From contig CAVOHZ010000002.1 in the NCBI GenBank assembly GCA_963695855.1, forward strand, positions 1 through 64,000: 64,000 nt of DNA, given 5' to 3'. The DNA comes from an uncultured Nitrososphaerales archaeon. GTDB taxonomy: Archaea > Thermoproteota > Nitrososphaeria > Nitrososphaerales > Nitrososphaeraceae. Below the pieces are notes generated by a model. It worked only from the letters and a program-made list of their open reading frames with translations. It ran no database searches and was not told where the DNA came from. Of the stretch, positions 20,978 to 31,613 are shown in pieces. The translations under genes were made by a program, and so were the position numbers. Numbering within the stretch: the first letter of the stretch is position 1; every line of letters starts with the position of its first letter.

Positions 20978-22450
20978 CTAGTTATTCTTACTATCATTAC
21001 TAATTCTTTGTAAATGAACTGCCTTTATTGTATTGGCAACATTATTGTCTATATCTTCAACTATTATTAAAATCCTTGATGTTTCTTCTTGAGCATCTAA
21101 ATTCAATATATTTATATCATTATCTCCTAAAATTCTACTTGCGGAAGACACAATTTTTGGCATTTTCCACATAGAATCTCCTATTAATGTAACTACACCT
21201 CTTCCATATGAAAATTCTGTTTTCGGATAGAATGCTTTGAAATGTCGCTCATGACGCTTAACATAATCTGCATCCAAAAATAGTAGTCTAGTAATCTCCA
21301 TGTCATCAATTTTATATGGCGATAATTTTAAGAAATTGTAATATTGTTTATCTTTCTCCAGTGATGCTATTAAATAAGATGCGTTTATGCTCTCCATTCT
21401 AACTATAGCACAATTTCTTTTTCCTGTTACTATTTTGATTAAAGAATTTGAAATATTCGTATCCTTCTTACTATCCTTATGTTCAAAAATTTTCTTATTG
21501 TTATCTAAAGATTTTTGAATTATTGTAACGTTTAAAGGATTAATGATCGAGGTTATAACTATTGGGATATCCAATTTATTATCATCTATTTCTTTTATTG
21601 CTATAGGGTCTAGAATTTTCATTCCGAACATCCCAGCTAATTTAGCTTCATTATACGATAAATATTTTATTGATTCTAGATTGTCTTTTACAATTTTTGG
21701 ATCTGCACTAAGAACAATACTATCTTTTTCAAAATCTATTTGTGTCTTATAATCATCATGAAGAATAATAGCAATATCTGCAGCAGTTCTATCGGAACCT
21801 CCCCTTTCATATGTAGTTTCTAAACCATCTGTAGTTTTACCAATAAAACCACCAATAGATATTACTTCATTTTCTTCTATTAATTGAAGAAGATGTTTTT
21901 TGCGTTCCTTGGATTCTTCAATCATAAAATTTGCAGCTTCAAAATTATCATCAGTAATTATAGGCCATTTTTCAATATCTACATGATTCGATTTTAATCC
22001 ATTACTTCTCATAATATAGTCCATTAGATATGACATAGTAATTTCCCCTCCATATGCAAGAGTTCTTGCTCTATTAACATCTATGAATCTTTTATTTTCA
22101 ATTGAATTATTTAAAGAGACAGTAACATAATGATAAAATTCTTCGAGGTGATATTCAAATTCCTTCAAATATTTTTCAGACACGTAATTCATTGCAATGT
22201 TTAGGTATGTATCATAGAAAATTTTCGTATCTACTTTTTGTCCTGATGCATACTTTCTACCAATATTTATAGCAATATCTGTCATGGATCTTATTTTTCC
22301 TTCGTATTCCATTAAAGGAGCAGAAAAAACTACTACAATTTTCTTTCCTTCATTTTTGATTAGTTTTATTCTTTCTATTACCTTTGGTATCTGTTCACCA
22401 TTTTGTCCAATAGTACTTCCTCCAAACTTTGCAATTATTACTTCAGTCAT
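20978..22450 (-). CDS. Aspartate kinase
   Basis: KFGGS, RGGSDRTA, SADPK and LSYNEA motifs; C-terminal ACT-like region. Confidence 0.88.
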   Translation of the reverse strand: MTEVIIAKFGGSTIGQNGEQIPKVIERIKLIKNEGKKIVVVFSAPLMEYEGKIRSMTDIAINIGRKYASGQKVDTKIFYDTYLNIAMNYVSEKYLKEFEYHLEEFYHYVTVSLNNSIENKRFIDVNRARTLAYGGEITMSYLMDYIMRSNGLKSNHVDIEKWPIITDDNFEAANFMIEESKERKKHLLQLIEENEVISIGGFIGKTTDGLETTYERGGSDRTAADIAIILHDDYKTQIDFEKDSIVLSADPKIVKDNLESIKYLSYNEAKLAGMFGMKILDPIAIKEIDDNKLDIPIVITSIINPLNVTIIQKSLDNNKKIFEHKDSKKDTNISNSLIKIVTGKRNCAIVRMESINASYLIASLEKDKQYYNFLKLSPYKIDDMEITRLLFLDADYVKRHERHFKAFYPKTEFSYGRGVVTLIGDSMWKMPKIVSSASRILGDNDINILNLDAQEETSRILIIVEDIDNNVANTIKAVHLQRISNDSKNN

Positions 22451-22508
22451 ATCTATTGTTCCTAGGTATTATTTACTTGAATTGATATAGTATTAATGTA
22501 ATAAATAT

Positions 22509-23537
22509 TTAGAGAAACTCTAGGATGATTTCTGCTGCTTTTTGAGCTCCATTATTTACAATTTTTCTGTTATCCTTATTGTAACCAAGTCTTTCTTCAA
22601 TTAATTCGTTGAGTCTAAAAATATCATTGAATTCAAATCCCATTCTTCTAGCACCTTCTTCTTGTTCAAAATGATTCTTTAAGGGAATAAATATTCCAGG
22701 AGTATTATACACTATGGATTCATCCATGGTAGATCTCCCTGCAAGAGAAATAACAAGGTCACAAGCATAGATATACTCATTTAAATTTGGTACAAATCCT
22801 AACAACCTGCAATCATCTGATGGTTTTATTGTTAATGATGGACCAGCAACTATTACAAGATCGACGTCCAACCTCTTCTTTATCTTTTCGAAAGATTCTT
22901 TTGTTTTTTCTATTAAAAATTTACCATAATTAGTACCTCCTACGCAAACAAGAATTGTTTTTTTATTAAAATTAAATTTTTTCCTTAAATTTTCCTTACT
23001 ATCATAAATATTTCTAACAATTGGTCCGACGTATCTTAAATTTTCACTATCTTCTCCAAAATCTGGAATAATTATACAATCACATCTGCTAATCATTCGA
23101 CACAATTTTTTGTTCATTTGTTTTTCTAGTAAAGATAAAAACCCACTTGTAAAATTGGTATTAATTATATCCGTGATTAAAATTTTTTTCCTTTTTCTTT
23201 CTTCTGCTACCGCAATAGATGCAAAATCCTCATCGCTAACTAAAATTTTGTCATTATCTTCGGAATCAATTACGGTTCTAGCAACATTTTTACATTTCCT
23301 ATAATATAAAAAATATTTTATTAGCCAATTGAAAGAATTATTAAGTACTCCGTTTTCAATGTTAAATTTAGGTGGATTATATAGATTAAAAACTTCATAT
23401 CCACAATTTGCTATAAAAATATATGCCTGTGATCCAGTAACAAATTTTAATGACATATCTTTAATATCCAAATTCTGAGCTATTGCTATATCACGTGTGG
23501 CATGACCTAGACCTATCGGGCTAGTAAAGAAAAGCAT
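22509..23537 (-). CDS. GT28/MurG-like glycosyltransferase
   Basis: GLGHATR, AGRSTMDE and HFEQ motifs. Confidence 0.8.
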   Translation of the reverse strand: MLFFTSPIGLGHATRDIAIAQNLDIKDMSLKFVTGSQAYIFIANCGYEVFNLYNPPKFNIENGVLNNSFNWLIKYFLYYRKCKNVARTVIDSEDNDKILVSDEDFASIAVAEERKRKKILITDIINTNFTSGFLSLLEKQMNKKLCRMISRCDCIIIPDFGEDSENLRYVGPIVRNIYDSKENLRKKFNFNKKTILVCVGGTNYGKFLIEKTKESFEKIKKRLDVDLVIVAGPSLTIKPSDDCRLLGFVPNLNEYIYACDLVISLAGRSTMDESIVYNTPGIFIPLKNHFEQEEGARRMGFEFNDIFRLNELIEERLGYNKDNRKIVNNGAQKAAEIILEFL

Positions 23538-23669
23538 ATATCCCTATTTATTTAATTTCATTCTTTTTATTTTTATCTTGCTTTTTTAATTTTTTTCATG
23601 TAAAAATAAAATACTTTAAAGATAATATATTATATATAATGCATATTAACTCAAATTAATTAGATTAGT

Positions 23670-24287
23670 ATGCCTAGTAAAAATAATAAAAATAGTAAAA
23701 ATACCAAAGAAAATACTGAGAAGAAAAAGAGCTATTTTGACATAAATAGAAAAAAACGCACTAAAAATCTAAAAAACATTGTGCTTCCAATATTAGGAGG
23801 AATAGGCATACTTTTAGTAGTTTCTATGTTTTTATTTTCTCCCAATACGTCTAAATCAAGCTTTGGAGCATTGGGTTCTGCACATGAGCACGCCGCATTT
23901 TTAGTAAAAATAAATGGAAAAAATATAGATTTTAGTGTACCGAAATATCAAGTACAGTCAGATTATATTCATGTAGAAAATGGGGATGGTACTACATTAC
24001 ATAGACATGCCACAAATGTTACTTTTGCAGATTTTCTTGACAGTGTTAAAATGAGTATCAATCAAAAAAATAATAATAATTGTTTACTATTTGATAATGG
24101 AACACAATATTGCGACGATAGTCAACATAAATTAAATGCATTCATAAATGGAAATCTAACTACTGCTATCTCTAATTATATACTCAATAATAACGATCGT
24201 TTATTATTAATATATGGAAACGAAACAGATGATCAATTGAACAAAGCTGTTAAAGAAGTAAATGGAATAAAAATTCAATTTACTTGA
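23670..24287 (+). CDS. Conserved membrane-anchored His-motif protein
   Basis: Single TM, then HEHA...IHVE...LHRH. Confidence 0.7.
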   Translation: MPSKNNKNSKNTKENTEKKKSYFDINRKKRTKNLKNIVLPILGGIGILLVVSMFLFSPNTSKSSFGALGSAHEHAAFLVKINGKNIDFSVPKYQVQSDYIHVENGDGTTLHRHATNVTFADFLDSVKMSINQKNNNNCLLFDNGTQYCDDSQHKLNAFINGNLTTAISNYILNNNDRLLLIYGNETDDQLNKAVKEVNGIKIQFT

Positions 24288-24539
24288 TAATTTTTCAATT
24301 TTTTATTGACTAAACATATATTCAGATACAAATATTTTAATACGAATATTTCTATCTTCTTACATCACATATTTTAATTAATTCCAAAAATTGATCGATT
24401 GTATTTGAAAATTTTTACAATTAAATCACATTATAATCTGTAGTTAAAATAATGATATTTCGCAAGAATACAAATCCAAGAACACATATATTTACTATAT
24501 TGATATGAAGAAAAGAAATTATCTTGGTTTAGAAAGATT

Positions 24540-25466
24540 TCATACAAATTTTTCATCATTTTTTATTTTCTTTTGAACTAAATATACAAATACATCATCA
24601 AGTGTTATAGGAGAAATATTAAATGAAATATCTTTCTTTATTGCCAATTCAGATATCTCACTTACATATGATTCAAACGTAAATAATCGTAATATATCAG
24701 TTCCAGTCTCTATTATTGTTCCATATGATTTGAATGACTCCACATCAAAATTTTTTTTTGATAAATCCACACGAATATTTTGTGGAATTGTGTTTCTTAA
24801 ATCACTAACGGTTCCTTCTTTGATTCCTCGTCCATTTTCAATTATAAATATTTTATCAGATAATATTTCTGCTTCATCCATATAATGAGTTGTAAGTAAA
24901 ATCGTTGTACCTCTTTTTTTTAGTTCCTGAATTAGACTCCATACCTGTCGTCTAGAAACAGGATCAAGACCAATTGTAGGTTCATCCAAGAACATTAATT
25001 CTGTATTGACTGCCATAGCCATAGCAACAAGAATTTTTTGTTTCATACCTCCAGACAAGTTCATTGCAGGTTTATCCTTTACCTTAAATAATTCTAACTT
25101 TTGAAGTATGTTTTCTGTCTTTATTCTTGCCTCGTGTCTACTATCCCCTCGAATTTTAAGCCAATTATAAACATGATCCCATGGTGTAAGGGCACGTAAT
25201 GGTCTTCCTTCTTGAGGAACAATAGATATTAGCTCTCTTATTTTTTCAGCACAATTTTTTACATCATATTCGAACACTTTTAATGATCCTGAGCTGGGTA
25301 ATAATTGAGTGGCACATAATCTTACAAATGTAGTTTTACCTGCACCATTTCTTCCTAATAATGTAAAAATCTGTCCTTGTTCTACTTGTAGTGAGATCCT
25401 ATCTAAAGCAGGTACATGTATTCCTTTATAGGTCTTTGAAACATTGTGAGCTTCGATAGCTAACAT
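24540..25466 (-). CDS. ABC transporter ATP-binding protein (DrrA-like)
   Basis: GRNGAGKTT, LSGG, LDEPT and TTH motifs. Confidence 0.92.
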   Translation of the reverse strand: MLAIEAHNVSKTYKGIHVPALDRISLQVEQGQIFTLLGRNGAGKTTFVRLCATQLLPSSGSLKVFEYDVKNCAEKIRELISIVPQEGRPLRALTPWDHVYNWLKIRGDSRHEARIKTENILQKLELFKVKDKPAMNLSGGMKQKILVAMAMAVNTELMFLDEPTIGLDPVSRRQVWSLIQELKKRGTTILLTTHYMDEAEILSDKIFIIENGRGIKEGTVSDLRNTIPQNIRVDLSKKNFDVESFKSYGTIIETGTDILRLFTFESYVSEISELAIKKDISFNISPITLDDVFVYLVQKKIKNDEKFV

Positions 25467-25568
25467 CTACTAAATCCTACTAAATCCATATAACATGAAC
25501 GTTCAATATTACTCTAATTATAAATTAATTTCAAATAATCTAAATATTAGTTTTCTTTTTATACATAT

Positions 25569-25712
25569 ATGATAGAATTCACTGAAATGAAAGGAAAAGA
25601 ACTCATAGACATAAAAGAAAATAACGATAATGAGATAGAACTCATATTCAAAGAAGGTAAATATATTATAAGAATAATCGAGGGTAAATTTTCAGTAATT
25701 CATGAAACATGA
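25569..25712 (+). CDS. Small hypothetical protein (47 aa)
   Basis: Read manually: MIEFTEMKGKELIDIKENNDNEIELIFKEGKYIIRIIEGKFSVIHET. Confidence 0.4.
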   Translation: MIEFTEMKGKELIDIKENNDNEIELIFKEGKYIIRIIEGKFSVIHET

Positions 25713-25830
25713 TTTAATAAGATAATTATTGAAAATTTATGTTTTTAATAACTAATTATATCTTTTTTGTCAAATTAATTTAACATAGATATTATTCTAA
25801 ATTATATTAATCAAATAATCGGGTTATTAA

Positions 25831-26298
25831 ATGAATTGTAAAGTTTTTTTATTAATACTGTTATGTTATTTTTCATTATCATTTTTCTCTATTAATCTGA
25901 ATGATATGTTAATGAAATCATTTGCAGTATCTGAGCAGAAATTTGAAATTGCGATAGATTATGCTCATTTTATTTCACCTTTAAATCAAGATAACCAAGT
26001 GAAAGTTCTATTGAAATATCTTCAAAGCAATATTAACGATATTACTGAAATAAATAATAAATCTATAAATGCAATAATGAAAGTGTATTCAACTAATGGT
26101 ACATTATTAAAAACAACCTCTTTTCCAGATGGGTTTGTCTATAATTCTTCGCAACCTGTACAGCTTGCAACTAATATAGTTGACGATTCAATAACATCAA
26201 TTAATGCTACATTACAAATTACAAACCTGGAAAAAACACAACCTCTATCTAATCCAGTAACAATAAATCTTAATCTCGGAGAAATCATAGATAAATAA
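25831..26298 (+). CDS. Exported hypothetical protein
   Basis: Signal peptide followed by a beta-rich domain. Confidence 0.6.
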   Translation: MNCKVFLLILLCYFSLSFFSINLNDMLMKSFAVSEQKFEIAIDYAHFISPLNQDNQVKVLLKYLQSNINDITEINNKSINAIMKVYSTNGTLLKTTSFPDGFVYNSSQPVQLATNIVDDSITSINATLQITNLEKTQPLSNPVTINLNLGEIIDK

Positions 26299-26390
26299 TA
26301 ATATTTTTTGTAACAATTCTATTTCGATAGTGATAATTAACGCTTTTCCAAAAGTTCATATTCATACATTATAATTAACACTGTTATAAT

Positions 26391-27056
26391 TTGGGAATTT
26401 ACAAATATTCTTTTTACAGAAGTCCTAATATAGGAATTTTTGTAAAATGTAATGACAATTCAATAATGTTACCATTAGGTTTTGCTTCAACAAAATCTGA
26501 TACGTTGGTGAAATATCTTGAAATATCTGAGCCAACTTACATTTCTATAGCAGGAACAAGATTATTGGGACCTATGATGGTCATGAATAACCATGGAGTA
26601 TTAGTTTCTTCGATAGCTTCTGATGAAGAAATTAATATTATAAGAAAAGAAAGTAAATTAAATGTTGAACGTTTAGAGAGTAAATATACGGCAATAGGAA
26701 ATTTAATAGCTGCCAATGATCATGGAGCAATTATATCTCCATTGTGTTCTGATGTTATGGAACAAGTACACAATGTATTGGATGTTCCAGTGAATCCTAT
26801 AAGTGTCTGTGGTTTTGTACAAACTGGATCGATGGTTGTTACTACAAACAAAGGTGCAGTTATTCATCCTAGTGCCAGTGAAGAAGAAATAGAATCTATA
26901 TCTGAGATTTTAAATGTCAATGTAGAGCCGGTAACAATCAATGGTGGTATACCATATCCGGCATCAGGGATAATTGCCAATTCTAAATCTATTATAGTTG
27001 GAAATTTAACAACCGGACCAGAATTAATAATGTTAAGTAGAGCGTATAACGTATAA
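26391..27056 (+). CDS. eif6: Translation initiation factor 6
   Basis: PNIGIF, AIGNLIAANDHGA, TINGGIP and TTGPEL motifs. Confidence 0.92.
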   Translation: MGIYKYSFYRSPNIGIFVKCNDNSIMLPLGFASTKSDTLVKYLEISEPTYISIAGTRLLGPMMVMNNHGVLVSSIASDEEINIIRKESKLNVERLESKYTAIGNLIAANDHGAIISPLCSDVMEQVHNVLDVPVNPISVCGFVQTGSMVVTTNKGAVIHPSASEEEIESISEILNVNVEPVTINGGIPYPASGIIANSKSIIVGNLTTGPELIMLSRAYNV

Positions 27057-27519
27057 CTACAGTAACTAACTAAATTTCATTGATGATATCATTTTCAGGC
27101 ATAATAAACATTTTTTATAAAGAATTTGTAAATGAACTTTTGTTAATCAATATAGTAATTACATTTATTTCAACTTGATATTAGACTCAGAAAATGTCAT
27201 GCAATATTATTGAACAAAAATTTCTCGAATACATTAAATTAGAACAATTACTATATCATATTCTAAAATATTGTAGAGTTCAAATATATATATAGTAGAG
27301 CAACATATATTTAGTATTTGTAATAGTGCAACAGTATGTTACAGTGGATTTGAAAGCTATGTTATCGTGATGTATAAATACTCTTCTTATTTTTGTCTTC
27401 AAATCAAATTATCTTTTTATTACATCCACAATAGATAATTTAGTGTATTTTTTTCGTCGTTTTGCTCTTTTCGTATAATAGCACGATGAATATGTTATTT
27501 TGAATTGTATTTAAACGAT

Positions 27520-27690
27520 ACAAGGAGATATGTCTTGTACCTCAGTACGAAAAACTCATGGGACATGGGACATCCAGCAAGATAAGATACAGAAAGATAG
27601 AAGATGAAATATGATTACAAGAAGATTGTGTACCATCTACATAACAAAAATGAACTATTTTGCCATTCATAAGGAGGCTGTTTGACAAAT
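27520..27690 (+). pseudogene. Degenerate DDE transposase C-terminal scrap (IS4/IS5-like)
   Basis: Across frameshifts it reads RYRK..MKYDYKKIVYH..NKNE...IRRLF, resembling the Y-x2-R-x3-E-x6-K motif. Confidence 0.35.
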
Positions 27691-27837
27691 AAATTGCATC
27701 TAATGATGTAGGAATACCATGTTGATCGGATAATAATTTTAGTTTTTATTAGATATATTTCATATAGCTCAATTTTTGTATTGTTTTATAATAAAAAAAA
27801 CTATTATTTGACTTCTTAGATATTGTTCTTACTCAAA

Positions 27838-27957
27838 GCGGGAGTTGCCAAGCTTGGTCAAAGGCGTGAGATTATTTTCATCTAACACGATGCTCAGAAG
27901 CATGGCTTAGAAACCTCATCTCTTAGGGGTTCGTGGGTTCAAATCCCACCTCCCGCA
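27838..27957 (+). tRNA. tRNA-Leu, most likely CAG, with two introns
   Basis: GCGGGAG...TGAG[21 nt]G-CT-CAG-A[14 nt]A-CCTCA, variable arm, GTGGG-TTCAAAT-CCCAC-CTCCCGC-A. Confidence 0.8.
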
Positions 27958-28131
27958 TCTTTTGTTTTATTAATTGTATCTTATTCAGTAATCTTTTAAC
28001 TATAAATACAATATTTGTTAAAAATTTCTTGAATTTTTGTGTTGTTAATGTAAAAAAAGTATATTATTTAAAAAAAATTTTTATGAACTAAATAGACAGA
28101 GATATATAGTTGTAAAATACAAAAATGATTC

Positions 28132-28254
28132 AGCGGGGTGGGGAAGCCAGATATTTAATAGGCAAAGTTATCCCGGCGGGCTCATAACCCGCAGAGCGGT
28201 TTCCGCCAAAATCGATAATGTTGGTGGCCGTAAGTTCAAATCAACCCCCCGCTA
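28132..28254 (+). tRNA. Initiator tRNA-Met(CAT) with D-loop and T-arm introns
   Basis: A1-T72 pair; GCGGG-CTCATAA-CCCGC anticodon arm; GGTT[32 nt]G-TTCAAAT-CAACC; extra bases in the D loop. Confidence 0.85.
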
Positions 28255-28266
28255 CTTATTTAAATG

Positions 28267-29643
28267 TTATACAATAATTCCAAACCATTTTGGAAAAATA
28301 TTATTCTTTAATATATTCCATCCTTTTTTTTCCATTCCATATCTATGTCTAGGTTTAGTCAGATGTCTATGTGCCTTTGGAGTTGGAACATATAAACCTT
28401 CTTTAATTGTTCGTGGATTTAATAAGGGTACTTTTTTCCCATATCTGTCTAAAGTTTTACATCTTTTACACTGAAAACCTTTCTCCTTTCCTTCAGATTT
28501 CATTCTTTTTCCACAATTTACACAACTAGGATTAACAAATTCATAAATTTGAATAGTTTCCAATATTGAGATATATTCTATGTTTAATACCGTTGGATGT
28601 TTGATGGTTGCTTTCCTTACTCCAAATCCAATTTCTATTAAATCGCCTTTCTGCAATTGTGCAGCAACTTTTGTTAATCCAGTTGGCTCATACACTGCTG
28701 CCAGACAACTATTCTTTGAATCATCTTCTACCGTAAAAAATACATGACCTCCTTGCATAGTGTAAGGATTTGTTGTCACTCTACATCTAGAAATACCTGA
28801 TGTATACGCCTTAACATCACCTAATTTGATTTCATTCATTAAATGCATCCCTGTTCCTTGGTTAGATCTATAAATCAGATAGCCTTCTAATTTTTCTTCT
28901 ATTTTCAACATATTTAATCCCTCTAATAGAATTTCCGGATCTTCTCCTCTTATACCACAGAAAACCGGATCTGGTCCATGTGGCGTAATCAATATTCGTT
29001 CATGGACATGATCATAGCAATTAAAAGTTGACGGAAATGTAGAACGGTCAAGATAAATAACCTTTATGGAATCGATCTTTCTTGGAGTTTGACAATTCTC
29101 TATTTTTCTATATGCTATTACTTCAAATGTGTAATCTGAATCTAATAAGCACCCAATTGCAGCTGTTGCGCCAACTAATCCTTGTCCATTTCCATAACAG
29201 AAAAATTTCATCTTATTCTTTTCAGCAATTTTGATTGCTTTTTGTTTACTTAAGATATCAAACATTGCAATTCTATTAAATTCTATAATTTCATCTGGAA
29301 TGTTTCTTCCTTCAAAAAAAACAAGACCAGGATTAGCCCCTATTCCTATGTCAGAATTTTGTTCTATCTCATTTTTGATATATTCTGTTATCCTTTCAAT
29401 ATCTTTGCTATTTCTAGTTCTCAATCTGATACAGACAGCACCATTACCGCGAGTTTTCCAAGGTATATTTGGATTTAATCTAATTAACAATGGATAATCT
29501 AAAAATTTTATAGATTGATTTCTTTTTAAATTCGATACTATTTTAAAAGCTAAGTGAGTTGTACATCTACCAGATCTAGAATCTGTGTCATCAAAACCAA
29601 TATGGAGAATATTATTATCTGCATTTGTACTTTTATCCATCAT
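28267..29643 (-). CDS. tiaS: tRNA(Ile2) agmatinylcytidine synthase
   Basis: GFDDTDS..G.CTT, RLNPNIPWKTRGNGA, PHGPDPV, Zn-ribbon and RHLTKP. Confidence 0.95.
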   Translation of the reverse strand: MMDKSTNADNNILHIGFDDTDSRSGRCTTHLAFKIVSNLKRNQSIKFLDYPLLIRLNPNIPWKTRGNGAVCIRLRTRNSKDIERITEYIKNEIEQNSDIGIGANPGLVFFEGRNIPDEIIEFNRIAMFDILSKQKAIKIAEKNKMKFFCYGNGQGLVGATAAIGCLLDSDYTFEVIAYRKIENCQTPRKIDSIKVIYLDRSTFPSTFNCYDHVHERILITPHGPDPVFCGIRGEDPEILLEGLNMLKIEEKLEGYLIYRSNQGTGMHLMNEIKLGDVKAYTSGISRCRVTTNPYTMQGGHVFFTVEDDSKNSCLAAVYEPTGLTKVAAQLQKGDLIEIGFGVRKATIKHPTVLNIEYISILETIQIYEFVNPSCVNCGKRMKSEGKEKGFQCKRCKTLDRYGKKVPLLNPRTIKEGLYVPTPKAHRHLTKPRHRYGMEKKGWNILKNNIFPKWFGIIV

Positions 29644-29831
29644 CTTTTTAGATTTCTTCTATCCTATATTAAAGAATGTTTAATTTTTCTCCAAATTCAT
29701 TTTAGAACGAATTTATTAATATATGGCAAATATTCAGTATTTGTGAAATCTGTATATTTGTATGATGATTACCTTTACCCTCACTACTTTTACGATTACT
29801 TTTTTATATCTAAAAATAACATTACAAGATA

Positions 29832-30164
29832 ATGTCTTTAAAAATAATAGATGAAATAGATTTTGCAAAAAGGGGTGGCCTATTACCAGTGATTGTTCAA
29901 GATAAGATTTCTAAAGATATCCTTATGCTTGCATATGTAAATAGAATTGCACTTGAAAATACAGTCAAAACTGGAAAGGCATGGTTTTGGAGTACTTCTC
30001 ATAATAAATTATGGATGAAAGGTGAGGAATCAGGAAATATTCAACCAGTTCAAGAAATCTTAGTTGATTGTGATTCAGATGCGCTAATCTATATAGTAAA
30101 TTCAGAAAAACCAGCATGTCATACAGGTCACAATTCTTGTTTTCATAATATTCTAAAAAAATAA
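29832..30164 (+). CDS. hisI: Phosphoribosyl-AMP cyclohydrolase
   Basis: WMKGEESG, DCDSD and ACHTG..SCF motifs. Confidence 0.95.
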   Translation: MSLKIIDEIDFAKRGGLLPVIVQDKISKDILMLAYVNRIALENTVKTGKAWFWSTSHNKLWMKGEESGNIQPVQEILVDCDSDALIYIVNSEKPACHTGHNSCFHNILKK

Positions 30165-30342
30165 AAATCATTAAAAATTATCACAAATTTGGAAAAATTT
30201 TTATATAACATCTATAATATGAAATTTTATGATACTATTTTGTTTTAATATTCTATTTTTTTTATAATATAAAATTACAGTATTACTAAATTTGTGTTTA
30301 GAGACCCTTATCTACAATGAATTTTTATTCAAATTATCATAA

Positions 30343-31566
30343 ATGGGAATAATACAATCATTAAAGTGTCGAGAATGTGGAAAGGAATATGAACCATCAT
30401 TTAGATATGTATGCGAAGAATGTTTTGGTCCACTCGATGTTAAATATATTTATCCAGATTCAATAAAAAGAGAGACCTTTGAGTCTAGGACAGAAAAGAC
30501 ATATTGGAGATATTTTGAATTATTACCAATTAAAAATAAAAATAATATTGTAAGTATTAACTCAGGATTTACTCCATTACAAAAAGCAAATAATCTTGGT
30601 AAGGATCTAAAATTAACAACATTATATGTAAAAAATGATTCTGTTAATCCAACATTTTCATTCAAGGATAGACCAGCTGGTGTGGCTGTATCAAGAGCAA
30701 AAGAAACTAATCTTAAGGCAGTGGGATGTGCCTCAACCGGTAATCTAGCATCTGCTACTGCTGCACATGCAGCTGTAGCTAACATGCCTTGTTACATATT
30801 TGCACCCGCTGATTTAGAATATGCAAAGATTGTCCAAGCATTAGCTTACGGTGGTAAATTTGTTGCTGTTGATGGAACTTATGATGATGCTAATAGAGTA
30901 GCTTCTGTAATAGGAGATTCAAAAGGTATAGGTATAGTAAATATTAATATGCGGCCATATTATGTAGAGGGATCAAAAACACTTGCCTATGAAGTAGCCG
31001 AACAACTTAATTGGAAAGTACCTGATTACTTGATAATACCTGTTGGAAGTGGTGCAATGCTAAATGCAATTTGTAAGGGATTTGAAGAATTAAATGAGAT
31101 TGGATTAATCGAAGATGTTTCCAATTTGAAGATAATTGCAGCACAACCTCATGGTTGTTCGCCTGTAGTTAATGCTTTTAAATCCAATAGTGATGAAGTA
31201 TTTCCGGTAGAAAAGCCTGATACAATAGCAAAAAGTCTTGCTATAGGCGATCCTGGAGATGGAATATACGTTTTAAAAAGATTAAAACAATATCATGGTT
31301 TTGCTGAATCAGCTACAAATCAAGAAATTATAGCTGGAATATTAAAACTATCTAAAACAGAAGGCATTTTTACGGAGCCTGCAGGTGGTGTGTCCGTTGC
31401 TGTAATGCAAAAGTTACTTGATGAAGGAAAGATAGATCGAGATTCTAATATAGTTTGTTATATTACTGGAAATGGTCTCAAATCTATTGAGGCAATTACA
31501 GAGATATTACCTAAACCTTCAATCATTAAACCAGATGTTCAAATAGTCTCAGCGATGATAAGATAA
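30343..31566 (+). CDS. thrC: Threonine synthase (PLP fold II, N-terminal Zn-ribbon)
   Basis: NPTFSFKDR, ASTGN, EGSKT and TGNGLK motifs. Confidence 0.88.
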   Translation: MGIIQSLKCRECGKEYEPSFRYVCEECFGPLDVKYIYPDSIKRETFESRTEKTYWRYFELLPIKNKNNIVSINSGFTPLQKANNLGKDLKLTTLYVKNDSVNPTFSFKDRPAGVAVSRAKETNLKAVGCASTGNLASATAAHAAVANMPCYIFAPADLEYAKIVQALAYGGKFVAVDGTYDDANRVASVIGDSKGIGIVNINMRPYYVEGSKTLAYEVAEQLNWKVPDYLIIPVGSGAMLNAICKGFEELNEIGLIEDVSNLKIIAAQPHGCSPVVNAFKSNSDEVFPVEKPDTIAKSLAIGDPGDGIYVLKRLKQYHGFAESATNQEIIAGILKLSKTEGIFTEPAGGVSVAVMQKLLDEGKIDRDSNIVCYITGNGLKSIEAITEILPKPSIIKPDVQIVSAMIR

Positions 31567-31613
31567 TAAAATGAATAAATAATATATGTGAAAGGTAAGT
31601 GAGATAGATATAA

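Noticed and set aside
24540-25466. ABC ATPase as the missing PstB
   Set aside because: Its length, C-terminal extension and LDEPT.GLDP/TTHYMDEA motifs fit DrrA-like exporter ATPases, not PstB.
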